A DNA stretch of 64,000 nt, taken from IMG/VR virus record IMGVR_UViG_3300031992_000030; one strand, given 5' to 3'. Made by a program: the position numbers and the translations under genes. This DNA comes from a virus. Lineage: Duplodnaviria; Caudoviricetes. Below are positions 21,001 through 30,751 of this stretch, in pieces. Numbering within the stretch: the stretch's first letter is position 1; every line of letters begins with the position of its first letter. Below the pieces are notes generated by a model, which saw only the letters and a program-made list of their open reading frames with translations, had not been told where the DNA came from and did not search any database.

Positions 21001-21856
21001 TTTCTTCTCTTGTAAAATAATCAAAGAAACTTTCAAGTTCTTCTGTACCCATCATATAAGTTGTTGCATAAAATTCATCAACTTCTCTATCACCCTCTTG
21101 AGAGTTGAGATAAGCCTTGTGAATCGGTGCATCTTCTTTTTTCAAATAATGGCTATCAGTTGTTATTATATATTTAATGTCAAGTTCTTCACTTAATTTT
21201 TTTAAAGCCTTGTTTACAATAATCTGTTCCTTATTTTTGGAAGGCTGCATCTCTAAATAAAAATTACCCTTACCAAAAATATTCTGAACATTTAAACACC
21301 AACCTTTAATATTTGTATACATTTGTTCTGTTGGGTTGGCTACATATCTTAAAATTGCTTTAGGTAAAAATCCTCCAAGACACGCAGTACTTGCTATTAC
21401 GTGACCGGGATTTGCTCCAACTATATCTATCAAATCCTGATAATATGTTGGTACTCTTCTCATTCTACCATTCATCCAAGAACGTCCCCAGGCTCTTGAA
21501 GATAATTCTCTAATCTGTCTATGACCTTCTGCGTCTTTTGCCAAAAGAATGAAGTGATAATAACTATCTTTTTCTCTATCAAAATTTTCCGCAGTTAAAC
21601 CATCCCGACAAAGATATATCTCATTTCCTAAGATTACCTTAAATTCGGGGTGGTCTTTCTTAATTTTCTTATATTTTTTTTGTACTTTAATTGCGTTAGC
21701 AACTGTTTCATGTTCTGTAAATGCTACGCATTCATGACCTAATTTAATTGCATAATCGATGACATCATCTACTCTATTGATCGAGTCCCTGAGACGCAAG
21801 TTACTAAAGTCTGTGTGGTTATGTACTGAACCCGGGTATCCCTTCATCGAGTACAC
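18005..21856 (-). CDS. dnaE: DNA polymerase III alpha subunit (family C)
   Basis: PHP domain (HNHTDFS, TEHE, TDSHY); GCGRGSG; FLNPDRVSVLDVDVD; HAGGV; KYDLLSV; YGFNQSH; OB fold. Confidence 0.95.
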   Translation of the reverse strand: MYSMKGYPGSVHNHTDFSNLRLRDSINRVDDVIDYAIKLGHECVAFTEHETVANAIKVQKKYKKIKKDHPEFKVILGNEIYLCRDGLTAENFDREKDSYYHFILLAKDAEGHRQIRELSSRAWGRSWMNGRMRRVPTYYQDLIDIVGANPGHVIASTACLGGFLPKAILRYVANPTEQMYTNIKGWCLNVQNIFGKGNFYLEMQPSKNKEQIIVNKALKKLSEELDIKYIITTDSHYLKKEDAPIHKAYLNSQEGDREVDEFYATTYMMGTEELESFFDYFTREEIDKAYEAIKEIKDKCEDYELAKELKIPNLPWVEQKYVPEDKKKRYIELIPKLADFNNSEFNSDKKLVDAIINGIESHADLQNQEAYDEINNNLEMTWTSSRVNNAEWSAYFLNLQRIIDVCWEAGSLVGCGRGSGVGFILLYVLGITQINPLAETTKTFPWRFLNPDRVSVLDVDVDIEGGRRGDVLNKLREVYGLDRVCNVATFGTEKSKSAIQTAARGLGIDVDEAAYISSLVPADRGQIRTLHQCYYGDEENGFDPVPLFVKEMNNNPELWKVAQKVEGLICRIGEHAGGVIFVDEDFTNSTALMRAPNGDIITQFDLHDDEAVSLIKYDLLSVEALDKIHTCLDLLTEDGYIDKNLSLRDRYENTIGIYKLNRDNQDMWKMIWNHQIQSLFQMEKQSGIKGIATLKPTSVDDLAILNSTIRLMAQPGSTEMPTDKLARFKRDPSAWDRELASYGLGINEKIILEPIVGISYGLCIAQEQFMSLVQLPALGGFSLTWADKLRKSIAKKNPKEFEELTKEFYQVTKEKGVKENFAKYVWEVLISMSKGYGFNQSHTLAYSLIGLQEMNLCFNYPIIYWNCACAITDSGGIGTGTDYNKVAITINKMKNSGINVKLPDINESAYEFKPNKEEGSIFCGLKSLANVGDEIVMKIIENRPYRSVQDFYDRVKPTKQVMISLIKGGAFDSFMERKICMAWFIWNTCDKKKRLTLQNMAGLIKYNLVPTEEADMKLAVRVFEFNRYLKAMCKFGTDKYQLDERAINFLVEIGADNIVDQNFIISKTSWDNVYQKYMDTLRKWLSANKEETLVKLNELIFLDDWNKYAKGIISDWEMDALCFYYHEHPLKNINAAKYGFADFFSMPEDPIVDRTFTKGDKEIKMFVLKKICGTCIAKDKNKSTVSLLTPTGVVTVKMSKGLFSLYDKQISVRNPDGTKTIKEKSWFNRGSKIVVQGIRTGEEFFAKKYASSGGHHLYKIDGIEKDGDLILRYERYQGEAEDE

Positions 21857-21884
21857 CTCTTTCTTTTAATTTTCTTACTTATAT

Positions 21885-21913
21885 ATTATAACATATTTTA
21901 TTACTTTTGTCAA
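21885..21913 (-). promoter_or_regulatory. sigmaA-type promoter of dnaE
   Basis: TTGACA-17-TATAAT with extended TG. Confidence 0.85.
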
Positions 21914-21928
21914 ATCAGATTGTTTTTA

Positions 21929-22453
21929 CTAAGCATATTCAAGTATATCGCCTATATCACAATCCAACAAAAAACATAATCTTCCTATATTTTCTAATGA
22001 AACTTCTTGTCCATTTCGAAATTTAGTCAACGTACTTTGACTAAATAAATTTAATTCTCTTATTGCAGAAGAATTATATCCTTTCCTTTTTAATTCTTCC
22101 ATAATGTTTATTTTATATTTTATTTGTTTTTGATTTTGCTCATAATGTTTTTTTGTTTTCAAAAAAGAAACATAATTAACACTTGGAGCATTTTTAATAT
22201 TATATCCATTATTTATAGAATTATATTTTAGAATATATTCATTTTCTTTTTTATTCAAATCTTCTTCTTTACACAACTCTAATATTTCAAAAGTAAAATT
22301 TTCTATTCCCTCTTTTTGTAATATTTGATCGAAATTTTTTGAAGCTTTATTGTTTAAATGTTCTTTATATCGTTTATTAATATCTTTAGATTGACCTATA
22401 TAAGATTTATTATTTATTTTATTTGTATATTTATAAATTCCACAAAGTGCCAT
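21929..22453 (-). mobile_element. Free-standing GIY-YIG homing endonuclease with a C-terminal Cro/C1-type HTH
   Basis: GIYKYTNKINNKSYIGQS...RYKEH...ENEYI; C-terminal SQSTLTKFRNGQEVSLENIGRLCFLLDCDIGDILEY; much more AT-rich than its neighbours. Confidence 0.75.
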
Positions 22454-22465
22454 AATTTTGCCTTT

Positions 22466-22624
22466 CTAATCAATGAAGCCATACTCTCGCAGAATCTGAC
22501 CTATCTTCTCATAGACCTCTTCACTGTATTCGTGATAATCATCATAGATTTCTGCAATTTGAGATACGCAATCCCAAGCCTCATTTGCTCTTTCATTAAA
22601 CCAATCTTTATATTCATTACTCAT
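22466..22624 (-). CDS. Small hypothetical protein (52 aa, not in the ORF track)
   Basis: Translated by hand as MSNEYKDWFNERANEAW...REYGFID; ATGA overlap with the upstream gene. Confidence 0.6.
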   Translation of the reverse strand: MSNEYKDWFNERANEAWDCVSQIAEIYDDYHEYSEEVYEKIGQILREYGFID

Positions 22625-22908
22625 AGAATACTCAATATCCTTTCCATTTTATCATAATTATCTATATCATCACAATAAGCTATGTCCCTTATTTTATGAA
22701 GTAACATGCTATCAGAATGTAAACTTTCATATTCCATTGAATCTATAACCATTGTTTCTGGATTATTCCCCCACTCATTTAATTCTTTATCACATTTTTC
22801 ACAAAGATCAACTACTTTACTTTGTTTTGTATTACTACAATGTGGTACAAAACCAGAAGGATATTCTAATGCATCTGCTCCACATCTGTCACATATTCTT
22901 TTTAGCAT
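22621..22908 (-). CDS. Zn-finger hypothetical protein
   Basis: CDRCG...DLCEKC. Confidence 0.65.
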   Translation of the reverse strand: MLKRICDRCGADALEYPSGFVPHCSNTKQSKVVDLCEKCDKELNEWGNNPETMVIDSMEYESLHSDSMLLHKIRDIAYCDDIDNYDKMERILSIL

Positions 22909-23045
22909 TATGTTCCCCTCTTTTCTCTTTCGGCTTTTTCACAATATTCATAACTATTTCCATTAGATTTTGCTACCCCACTCGTGTAATAGAATGGACA
23001 TTCCTCTTTAAAGCACTCTTTGAAATCATTGTAAGGACAAACCAT
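22908..23045 (-). CDS. Small Cys-rich protein (45 aa, not in the ORF track)
   Basis: MVCPYNDFKECFKEECPFYY...YCEKAE; AGGAG RBS. Confidence 0.6.
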   Translation of the reverse strand: MVCPYNDFKECFKEECPFYYTSGVAKSNGNSYEYCEKAEREKRGT

Positions 23046-23059
23046 TTTTATTTTCTCCT

Positions 23060-23245
23060 TTAGCCAAAATAAATTACATTATATATGGGGGCATGGTCTA
23101 TATATACTTTTTGATGAATTTGTTCAAAATGATTAAAACATAATCGAGCATTTTCTTCATTATCAAAAATTGTTATAACTGGCTCTTCATTATCATCAAC
23201 ATATGTTACAACATATACCATATTTTTATTTGGAATTAGTTTCAT
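23060..23245 (-). CDS. Hypothetical protein
   Basis: 61-aa ORF in a tightly packed operon. Confidence 0.6.
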   Translation of the reverse strand: MKLIPNKNMVYVVTYVDDNEEPVITIFDNEENARLCFNHFEQIHQKVYIDHAPIYNVIYFG

Positions 23246-23247
23246 AT

Positions 23248-23493
23248 TTATTCTCCGTAATAATTACTTATTTCAATAATTTTTCCACAGTTATCACATT
23301 TATAAATATAGTCTGTATATTCACCATATCTACCACGACTTATCGCTTGTTGATATTGCCAACGTCCTCCACATAGACAATAACCATTATTATATTGATC
23401 TTTACTATCACAACCTTTTATTTCATTTATTAAAAATAAAACAAATAATAACAATATAACAACTATTAACCTTGATTTAAAATCACTATTCAT
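23248..23493 (-). CDS. Membrane-anchored Zn-ribbon protein
   Basis: TM segment, then YNNGYCLCGGRW...YKCDNCG; TAATG overlap with the upstream stop. Confidence 0.6.
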   Translation of the reverse strand: MNSDFKSRLIVVILLLFVLFLINEIKGCDSKDQYNNGYCLCGGRWQYQQAISRGRYGEYTDYIYKCDNCGKIIEISNYYGE

Positions 23494-23648
23494 TAAGGCT
23501 TCTCCCAATATTCTAAAATTATACGCGGATATTTATCAATACCCGCTACTATTTCACCTCTGATTATATTTTTCAAAGGAATTATAAGACAATCTTCTCC
23601 ATTATAAGCCTGATGTTGACTAAAAATTTGAATTAATTCTTTGTCCAT
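23493..23648 (-). CDS. Small hypothetical protein (51 aa, not in the ORF track)
   Basis: MDKELIQIFSQ...EYWEKP fills the gap between two genes. Confidence 0.45.
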   Translation of the reverse strand: MDKELIQIFSQHQAYNGEDCLIIPLKNIIRGEIVAGIDKYPRIILEYWEKP

Positions 23649-24085
23649 TCTTTTACCTCAACTCCATTCTCTCTAAACCATTTTTGTAATATTGGTCTTT
23701 CGGCACAATTACAACTTATTGGCTCATGAACCAAAAGAGCAATATCAAAATCTTGGCCTGTGCGGCCAGCTGCTGCCATTACCCGTTGACCCAAATCAAT
23801 CGCTCTATTGTACATGTCCTTAAAATCTAATGTATGAAGGTAATTATCATAAGCCTTCATAAAATTACATTCAAATGGAATTTTATCACAATTCTTTCTA
23901 CATTCTATCTCGACATTGTCCCAGTTGTCGGGTAACACAAGAACGGGCGCCCGCAAGCCGTTCATAACGCCTCTTTTATCGAAGCCAAGTTTGAACCATT
24001 TTGGATCCCATTTTGCTGTACTAATTGGAATTAGATTTGGTGGAAAGAAACGTAGTTGATAAAAATATGATGTATAGAATTTCAT
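23633..24085 (-). CDS. DUF488-like protein
   Basis: FYTSYF...ISTAKWDPKW...LLVHEP..CxxxERxxLQKWF pattern. Confidence 0.55.
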   Translation of the reverse strand: MKFYTSYFYQLRFFPPNLIPISTAKWDPKWFKLGFDKRGVMNGLRAPVLVLPDNWDNVEIECRKNCDKIPFECNFMKAYDNYLHTLDFKDMYNRAIDLGQRVMAAAGRTGQDFDIALLVHEPISCNCAERPILQKWFRENGVEVKEWTKN

Positions 24086-24102
24086 TTTATTCTTCCTTTG
24101 TG

Positions 24103-25284
24103 TTAATTTCGTACTAATACAAGTTTCTCCGATGCTCTAGTACATGCGGTGTATAACCAGCGCGCATGTTCCTTCTTATCAAATGGAAAAGTATCTTCAA
24201 TAACCAGTACCTTGTCCCACTCCGAACCCTGTGCCTTGTGACACGTAATCGCGTATCCAAAATCATAATCTCTGGGTAAAAAATCTCCGATACGACTCTT
24301 AATCATTCTTAATCTATAATTCTCTCTAAAATCGAGATAGGGTTCACCAGAAGTAATAAGAGTCTTATCCATTGGAGTATCTAAAAAGATATTATCTTTA
24401 TCAATTTCAAAATCACATCTAATAACCGGAATTTCTTCTTTATTGATTCTTGCAACTTTTGGAACAGGAATAACTGTATCAATTGGATTATGTATGATAC
24501 CTGTTAAACCATTGACCAATGGATCACCATTAACTGAAAGGTCATCCCAAAAGTTATGTAAACAAATCATCTTTTCACCTTCTTGCGGCAGGCCGCTATA
24601 ACCCAGCATCGCACGCATCTGCTCATTAACAGAGCGTCTTGTTGCATTGGTTCCCGTAATTATCTGATCTGCCCAAGTGTAACATCCATCTACTAATTGA
24701 GATTTAGGCATAATCTGTACCTGTTCACCTTTAAAATAATCAATGGGTTGCATATTACGGATTGCCAAAGTAAGTTTGATAATCTCTGAATCTGCTTCTT
24801 GTCTCATAATTTCATCCAAGAAAACGTGAGGGTGATCAAGATAATCGTGAGCCTCATCTTTGTCTATTTGAGGTAACTGAAATGGATCTCCAAGAAAGAT
24901 AACAAAAGCTCGATGTGATAAAAGCAAATCTATCATACTTTTTGGAACCATTGAAACCTCATCTACTACTACAACCTTTTTATCTATCCTATCTTTCGGT
25001 TTACGAAAATAGCCACCATTAGGTCTGGGAAAATGGTCATAGAGAAGTTTATGAAGTGTTATTGCACCGGGATTACCTTTCTTCCTTAAAACTTCTGCGG
25101 CCTTGCCTGTGAAGGTCGCATAGGCTACATCACTTGGATTAACCTTCAGGGCCTCGATTGCAACTTTGACTAGTGTCGACTTCCCTGTTCCAGCGAAGCC
25201 ACTTATTGTAACATATTTATCGTGATTATGACAGCGAGTAACAACTTCTCTTATCCCTTCTTCTTGTTTAGTGGTTAAAACCAT
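24103..25284 (-). CDS. SF1B Dda/RecD2-like DNA helicase
   Basis: GFAGTGKST, VDEVSM, GDPFQL, YAITCHKAQGSEW and WLYTACTRA. Confidence 0.9.
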   Translation of the reverse strand: MVLTTKQEEGIREVVTRCHNHDKYVTISGFAGTGKSTLVKVAIEALKVNPSDVAYATFTGKAAEVLRKKGNPGAITLHKLLYDHFPRPNGGYFRKPKDRIDKKVVVVDEVSMVPKSMIDLLLSHRAFVIFLGDPFQLPQIDKDEAHDYLDHPHVFLDEIMRQEADSEIIKLTLAIRNMQPIDYFKGEQVQIMPKSQLVDGCYTWADQIITGTNATRRSVNEQMRAMLGYSGLPQEGEKMICLHNFWDDLSVNGDPLVNGLTGIIHNPIDTVIPVPKVARINKEEIPVIRCDFEIDKDNIFLDTPMDKTLITSGEPYLDFRENYRLRMIKSRIGDFLPRDYDFGYAITCHKAQGSEWDKVLVIEDTFPFDKKEHARWLYTACTRASEKLVLVRN

Positions 25285-25305
25285 ATCTTATTTACCCTTT
25301 CATTC

Positions 25306-25410
25306 TTAATAACTTCCAAAAATTCTGGCTATACTAATCATTCCTAAACTAACAAATGCTAAAGCACCAAATATTAGTATTAAATATATAACCCATTCAA
25401 TTAACTTCAT
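25306..25410 (-). CDS. Small membrane peptide (34 aa, not in the ORF track)
   Basis: MKLIEWVIYLILIFGALAFVSLGMISIARIFGSY; first ORF after a perfect promoter. Confidence 0.5.
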   Translation of the reverse strand: MKLIEWVIYLILIFGALAFVSLGMISIARIFGSY

Positions 25411-25444
25411 TCTAAACCCTTCTACTTATTTTTTCTTATACTTT

Positions 25445-25473
25445 ATTATAACATAAATTTTAATTTTTGTCAA
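25445..25473 (-). promoter_or_regulatory. sigmaA-type promoter
   Basis: TTGACA-17-TATAAT with extended TG. Confidence 0.85.
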
Positions 25474-26312
25474 GAGGGAGAAAAATAGCTAAGAGCTATT
25501 GTTGCATTGTTCTGGCGTCTTCCGTAACTTGCAGAAGAACATCTCTCATATGAACGAGCAAATGAAAGTGCAGCTTCTCTTTCATCAGTTAAGTTACAGA
25601 AACTTTCATAACTTATATTACCACAACAATCATATTCATATTCAATAGTATTATTAAGATAATCTAATTGTTCTACTAAATTACAGCCCCACACATCTCC
25701 ATACATAGAAGAATTCCACTGACATATACCGTAATATCCGGCTGGGTTCTGAGCAGAAGGATTAATATTTAATGAGTTACCCCCTGCCTCGTTCATGATG
25801 TTCCCGAGGACACCGGCCGCGACATAATCATTATATCCCATTTCAACTACAAGATATAACCATATTGTTGTTGCTTCTGGGTACTCTTCGTATCTTTGTT
25901 CCCATTCAGCTTCCTCTTCTTCAATAAGTAATAACTGATAATATTCTAAAAAATATTTGTAATTATCAGTTAATTCCTGCCTTGTACTCTCCAAACTGTC
26001 GAGATATTCTTCAATAGTTGCATATTGAGAAACTTCTGTAATTCTTTCATCATACATAACCACCTGACGCTGATAGTGGAGAGCATTTCGTCTCGCCTCA
26101 TCAGAATCAAGTGGTACTGGGCGTGGAGTAGGAGTTGGAGTAGAGGTGGGTTCAATCACCTCTACTATTGTTGTTTCTGTTGGTATTTCAAAAGTTTCTA
26201 AAGGTTCTTCTTTAACTACATTATCTAAAATAAAACTTACTGCAATTGCTATGGTAAAGAAGATTACTATGAATATTCCTATAAAATCTACTATTATATC
26301 CCTATTACGCAT
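25470..26312 (-). CDS. Membrane-anchored cell-wall hydrolase (phage tail lysozyme-like domain)
   Basis: Start MRNRD with AAGGAG RBS; TM; PT-rich linker; AAGVLGNIMNEAG...YGICQW...QLDYL...AALSFARSYER. Confidence 0.75.
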   Translation of the reverse strand: MRNRDIIVDFIGIFIVIFFTIAIAVSFILDNVVKEEPLETFEIPTETTIVEVIEPTSTPTPTPRPVPLDSDEARRNALHYQRQVVMYDERITEVSQYATIEEYLDSLESTRQELTDNYKYFLEYYQLLLIEEEEAEWEQRYEEYPEATTIWLYLVVEMGYNDYVAAGVLGNIMNEAGGNSLNINPSAQNPAGYYGICQWNSSMYGDVWGCNLVEQLDYLNNTIEYEYDCCGNISYESFCNLTDEREAALSFARSYERCSSASYGRRQNNATIALSYFSPS

Positions 26313-26322
26313 AAATCTCTCC

Positions 26323-28104
26323 TTAAAAATAATATTCTGTCTGTCCCGTGGCTTCAATATCATCAACAACAATTTGACCGGTTACAAAACCATTCCATTC
26401 ATTCAATGAACATTTACCAAGGACGTTGATGAAGGTACATCCATGTTCTGGTGGTGTAAGTTCTTCAACTTTCTCGTCTGAAACTCCAAACATAACCATT
26501 GTTACACCATTAGACATTTCAATTCTTATTGTATGTTTATTTGTATCTCCATAAACAGAAAAATTATCAGGAGTAATTGAAATGTTTTCAACTACAATTA
26601 AAGGTTCTTCTAAATTTTGTCCCCATATTAATCTTAATTCAGCAATTTCTTTTATATCTTCTTTTGTAAAATCATTTTTACCCCAAATAAAATCAACTCT
26701 GGAACAAGGTGTAAAAGAACAATCTTTCAATTTCTCATTAGAATAATTGATGAAGTTTTCAAAATCTTTATCAGCAATAGAACAACCAAATGCCGAGGCG
26801 TGTCCTTCGCTTAGAAGAGAATATCCACTTTGTTTTACAAAATCTTTAAAATCTGTAAAATCTTTTGTATTATATCCTCTACCAGAACCATCCCAAGTTA
26901 TTGTATTATCTTCATGTGTTACTTCTGTTAATAATAAGAAAGGATGCTTATATTTAGCCATCAATTTATTAGCAATAAGCCCTGTAAGATTTCTACTTAT
27001 CAACTGACCAGGTTTTAGTTTAACTGCAATAATTTTATTTTCATCAAGATGTTTTTCCTTAATAATATCTTCTACAATTTCAATATTTTTTGAAACACTA
27101 CTATCTTGATGTCTTTTGATATTAGTAGCATTGCGGCAGGCCTGTTCTGCAACTGTCTCGAATTGGCCCTTACACCCTCTTTTAGTTGAAGGAATCATTA
27201 CTCTACCCTTAAAATCAAGCATTGACTCAAAAAGTAATAATTTTTCTTCTATTGTTCCCATTCTAATTGTTCCATTTATTTGTGGAACAACGTAGAAACT
27301 AATAGAGAATGGACAAAGACCACCGGCTTTGTTGATAGAATAGGCTGCCTGTTGAGTCATTTGAGTTATAAATGGATTTTTAATATTAGCAAGACCTAAA
27401 TCAATAAGATATTTTGTTTCATAATCTCTTACATCCATCATATCACCAATTAAACCAATAGCAACTAAATCAGTTATTTCTTCGGAATAGTTTTTATTTA
27501 TGATTTCATCCATTCGACTACAAAACTTATAAACTACACCGACTCCTGATAATGACTTAGTTGGGTAATCGTTTGATAACTGGTTGTTAATTACAATAGC
27601 ATATTGTGAATATTTTTCAGCTTCGTGGTGGTCAAGAACTAAAATGTCATATCCCTTTTCTTTTAATTCTTTATGTTGTTCATAATCATTACTACTTGAA
27701 TCTGGACAAATAACTAACTTAAATTCTGGGTGGCGTTCTATATAAGCCATATTGTCTGCTAATCCATGTTGCTTTCCGTCATGCACACGATATGAAATTT
27801 TAGTTTGTGTGTAATATGGAAAAACAAGATTAAGATAATTTATTAGTGCGGCCGCGCTCGTGTATCCGTCGGCATCGCAGTCAACTATTACCAAGATCTG
27901 GTCATTGTTCTTGATATGACCAATTAGCATTTTTATTCCTTCGTCCATGTGATCCAATCTTCGTGGATCTACAAGATCGGCCTCTGAAGTAGAGAGATAG
28001 TGCTGGATGCAGTCGGGTGCAATACCGCGGGCCGCAAATATCTTTTCAATAGTTGAGTATGTATTTTCTATCGGCAATAAAGCCTCTCTTAACATATATT
28101 CCAT
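26323..28104 (-). CDS. recJ: RecJ-like ssDNA exonuclease (DHH family)
   Basis: DCDADGYTSA, HGL, LDHHE, LSGVGVVYK, GSGR and GHASAFG. Confidence 0.9.
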   Translation of the reverse strand: MEYMLREALLPIENTYSTIEKIFAARGIAPDCIQHYLSTSEADLVDPRRLDHMDEGIKMLIGHIKNNDQILVIVDCDADGYTSAAALINYLNLVFPYYTQTKISYRVHDGKQHGLADNMAYIERHPEFKLVICPDSSSNDYEQHKELKEKGYDILVLDHHEAEKYSQYAIVINNQLSNDYPTKSLSGVGVVYKFCSRMDEIINKNYSEEITDLVAIGLIGDMMDVRDYETKYLIDLGLANIKNPFITQMTQQAAYSINKAGGLCPFSISFYVVPQINGTIRMGTIEEKLLLFESMLDFKGRVMIPSTKRGCKGQFETVAEQACRNATNIKRHQDSSVSKNIEIVEDIIKEKHLDENKIIAVKLKPGQLISRNLTGLIANKLMAKYKHPFLLLTEVTHEDNTITWDGSGRGYNTKDFTDFKDFVKQSGYSLLSEGHASAFGCSIADKDFENFINYSNEKLKDCSFTPCSRVDFIWGKNDFTKEDIKEIAELRLIWGQNLEEPLIVVENISITPDNFSVYGDTNKHTIRIEMSNGVTMVMFGVSDEKVEELTPPEHGCTFINVLGKCSLNEWNGFVTGQIVVDDIEATGQTEYYF

Positions 28105-29213
28105 TACAATACAATTCTCTCCTTAAATAATTTTAAAAACTTTTCTTTTCCTTCATCTATTGGGGCATTTTTATATTCAGTAATCATTTTTTTATCAAAT
28201 ATAAAGGAAATTATAGTAAAATTCTTATATCTTTCTCTAATTTTTAATAAATTTTCTTTTAAATGAATAAATTCCTTATCTCCTATCTTTTGGAATTGTC
28301 TATCAAAAGCTATTATAACTTCTTCTACTCCAGCATCCATTAACAACTGCATTTGATAACTGGAAATATTCGAACCACAACAAGCTACTGCTATATCGTT
28401 ATCTTTCCCAAAAAGACTAATATACTTCAAAACTGACTTCTCGGATTCAAATATGATAGCCTTTTTTGCTGCTTTTATATTTTCTTTTGCCCAATTAAAA
28501 CCATATAAATTAAAACCAAGAGGATGATTATATAACTTACCTTGTATCATTAAAGGCCGATACTTGCCATACCTTTCACCCTCTTCTTTACTCATAGTAC
28601 GACCTCTCAAGCCAATAAATCTATCATCTTTGTCGAAGTGCGGAATAGTGATTTGATCTCCTCCAAGATAATATCCAATTCGAGCTTTATTCAAAACTTC
28701 TTGACTTATTCCCTCTTCTAACCAAGGTTTTAACTTTATATCGTAATTCATTCTATCAAGAATTTTTACGTCGTATTCTTTTAATTGTATATCTGATACA
28801 CTTTTTATTTCTATTTTCTTAATTCTATCATAAGACGCAAGAACATTCCAATCTTCTGATTCTTCTTCTCCATTGCTCTCTACAGTTCCGTAGAGACCAA
28901 ATTTTCCAGCAACCCATCTGACTGCTTCGTTCAAATCGATTTCTTGGTCATATTGTATCTTAAAACATTTAATTACTAATTCAAATATATCAAAACTTGG
29001 AGTAGAACAACCTGTGTAACAATTTAATAACTTGCTATTTGTATAATAATACAACTTATGGCTTCCACATCCGGGACAATTGTGACATATGGTATCAGAC
29101 ACTATAGCACCATTTGACCAAGTTGGGTTACCACCCAACTCTGTCAAAACCTCAAAAATATTTTCTTCACTTAGTGCTTGTTTAATTTTGTCTTTATCAT
29201 ATGCTATTAACAT
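28104..29213 (-). CDS. dnaG: DNA primase (Zn finger plus TOPRIM)
   Basis: ICHN...CYTGC Zn site; ITIPH...GLRGR; IFESEKS; IIAFD. Confidence 0.8.
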   Translation of the reverse strand: MLIAYDKDKIKQALSEENIFEVLTELGGNPTWSNGAIVSDTICHNCPGCGSHKLYYYTNSKLLNCYTGCSTPSFDIFELVIKCFKIQYDQEIDLNEAVRWVAGKFGLYGTVESNGEEESEDWNVLASYDRIKKIEIKSVSDIQLKEYDVKILDRMNYDIKLKPWLEEGISQEVLNKARIGYYLGGDQITIPHFDKDDRFIGLRGRTMSKEEGERYGKYRPLMIQGKLYNHPLGFNLYGFNWAKENIKAAKKAIIFESEKSVLKYISLFGKDNDIAVACCGSNISSYQMQLLMDAGVEEVIIAFDRQFQKIGDKEFIHLKENLLKIRERYKNFTIISFIFDKKMITEYKNAPIDEGKEKFLKLFKERIVL

Positions 29214-30745
29214 TACTCAAAAGCCCTTTCTTCTTTATCAACCAAAATACTTAAATCATTAATTTGAACAAATTCATAGTCATAAGTTGTTGCAAACATT
29301 GGTTGAATTCTACAAGTTCCAAGATTTGCTTTACACCAAAGATATATACCCTTATATCTTCCTCGTCTATTCTTATAAACAGATAATTTAATTGCTGGTG
29401 TCTCAAAAGTTCCGGTACTTAAAATATCAACAAGTGCTTCTTTATCTTTTTGTGTTACTCCCAAGAGAATAGCACCATAGTCAATCTTATCAGCTATGGC
29501 TTTTGCGCCTCTTAACAAATTCTGGTCTGGTGTTTCTGAATCCACATAAGAACCATTTAATTGAGTAGCACTCTCAATAAATACTCCATACTGATTACAA
29601 ATGTCCTTAAGTTTTGTTGAAAGAATAAATAAGATATTATCTTCTCTTAATTTAACTCCGCCACTTCTTCTTGTTATTTCTTCCAAAATTTTCATTGAAG
29701 TATGTATGTAATCGTGAAAAACGTATTTTATATCGTGTTCCCGAATATTTTGCTTAATTTTATTTTCTACATCTTGTAATGAAAAGTCAGGAAGTTCTTC
29801 TACATATAAAGGACTATTCTTTATTATCTCTGCGGCGTGCAGAACACGCTCCTCCTCATCTCCAATGTATGTACCATTCAAGATGTGGTCCTCATCTACA
29901 TTGGACAAAAATGCAAGCATCATTGTTTGGACTTCTTTTAAATCTTGCTCTGTTGCAATGAATAAAGTTGGTTCCATTGTTCCATTTCTTATCCAACCAA
30001 AAGAATCATCATATATTTCATTACACGCAATATAACATGCATCAGCAATCAGGCTACGTGTCTTACCAATACCAGTGGCCGCACTTCTAATATAAAACTT
30101 TCTTAATCTTGCGCCCCTTGTTACTGTGTTGATCAAGTTCCCGTACAAAGGTACTCCTACTTCTGGATTCTCTTTTAAATCATTTATTAAATCAATAATA
30201 CCCTCACCGGCTTGTGAAGCTTCACCGTAAGAATCATCAACATACTTTAACCTGATTGCTTCAATTTTCTTGTCTACTAAATTTGCAATATCTTCAAGAC
30301 TTGAATTATCCAATTTATCTTCTTGAAGTTGCTTTTTCTTTACATCTAATAAATCGGGGTCATAAATGTCTGTTACATCTATACCATAATTGTCATATAC
30401 TCTCAAAAGTGTCATTTTCTTTAAGCGATTATAATAATAATCAAATGACAAGTTTTGCGCACTATCTGCAACTCTCATTAACCACTTATCACCATCTTGA
30501 TTTTTATATATCGCTTCACTCTTGGGCCTTGAAGACAAAAAGTCATTTATATTTTCAAGAGTAATTGTCTTTGCTCCCAATTCGTGAATTTTGTATATAG
30601 CACCAAATACTACTCTATGAAAATCATCTGTAAAATCCTCATCAGTTACTATATACTTATCGGTAAGTTCCAAGAGAGAAGGGTTATTATATACACACCC
30701 TATGACCTGAACCACACTTGTCATATCTACATATTTTGAACCCAT
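29213..30745 (-). CDS. dnaB: Replicative DnaB-like helicase
   Basis: SAATGIGKT Walker A, IATEQ, FHDYIH, SATQLN and KNRRG. Confidence 0.85.
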   Translation of the reverse strand: MGSKYVDMTSVVQVIGCVYNNPSLLELTDKYIVTDEDFTDDFHRVVFGAIYKIHELGAKTITLENINDFLSSRPKSEAIYKNQDGDKWLMRVADSAQNLSFDYYYNRLKKMTLLRVYDNYGIDVTDIYDPDLLDVKKKQLQEDKLDNSSLEDIANLVDKKIEAIRLKYVDDSYGEASQAGEGIIDLINDLKENPEVGVPLYGNLINTVTRGARLRKFYIRSAATGIGKTRSLIADACYIACNEIYDDSFGWIRNGTMEPTLFIATEQDLKEVQTMMLAFLSNVDEDHILNGTYIGDEEERVLHAAEIIKNSPLYVEELPDFSLQDVENKIKQNIREHDIKYVFHDYIHTSMKILEEITRRSGGVKLREDNILFILSTKLKDICNQYGVFIESATQLNGSYVDSETPDQNLLRGAKAIADKIDYGAILLGVTQKDKEALVDILSTGTFETPAIKLSVYKNRRGRYKGIYLWCKANLGTCRIQPMFATTYDYEFVQINDLSILVDKEERAFE

Positions 30746-30751
30746 TGTTCT

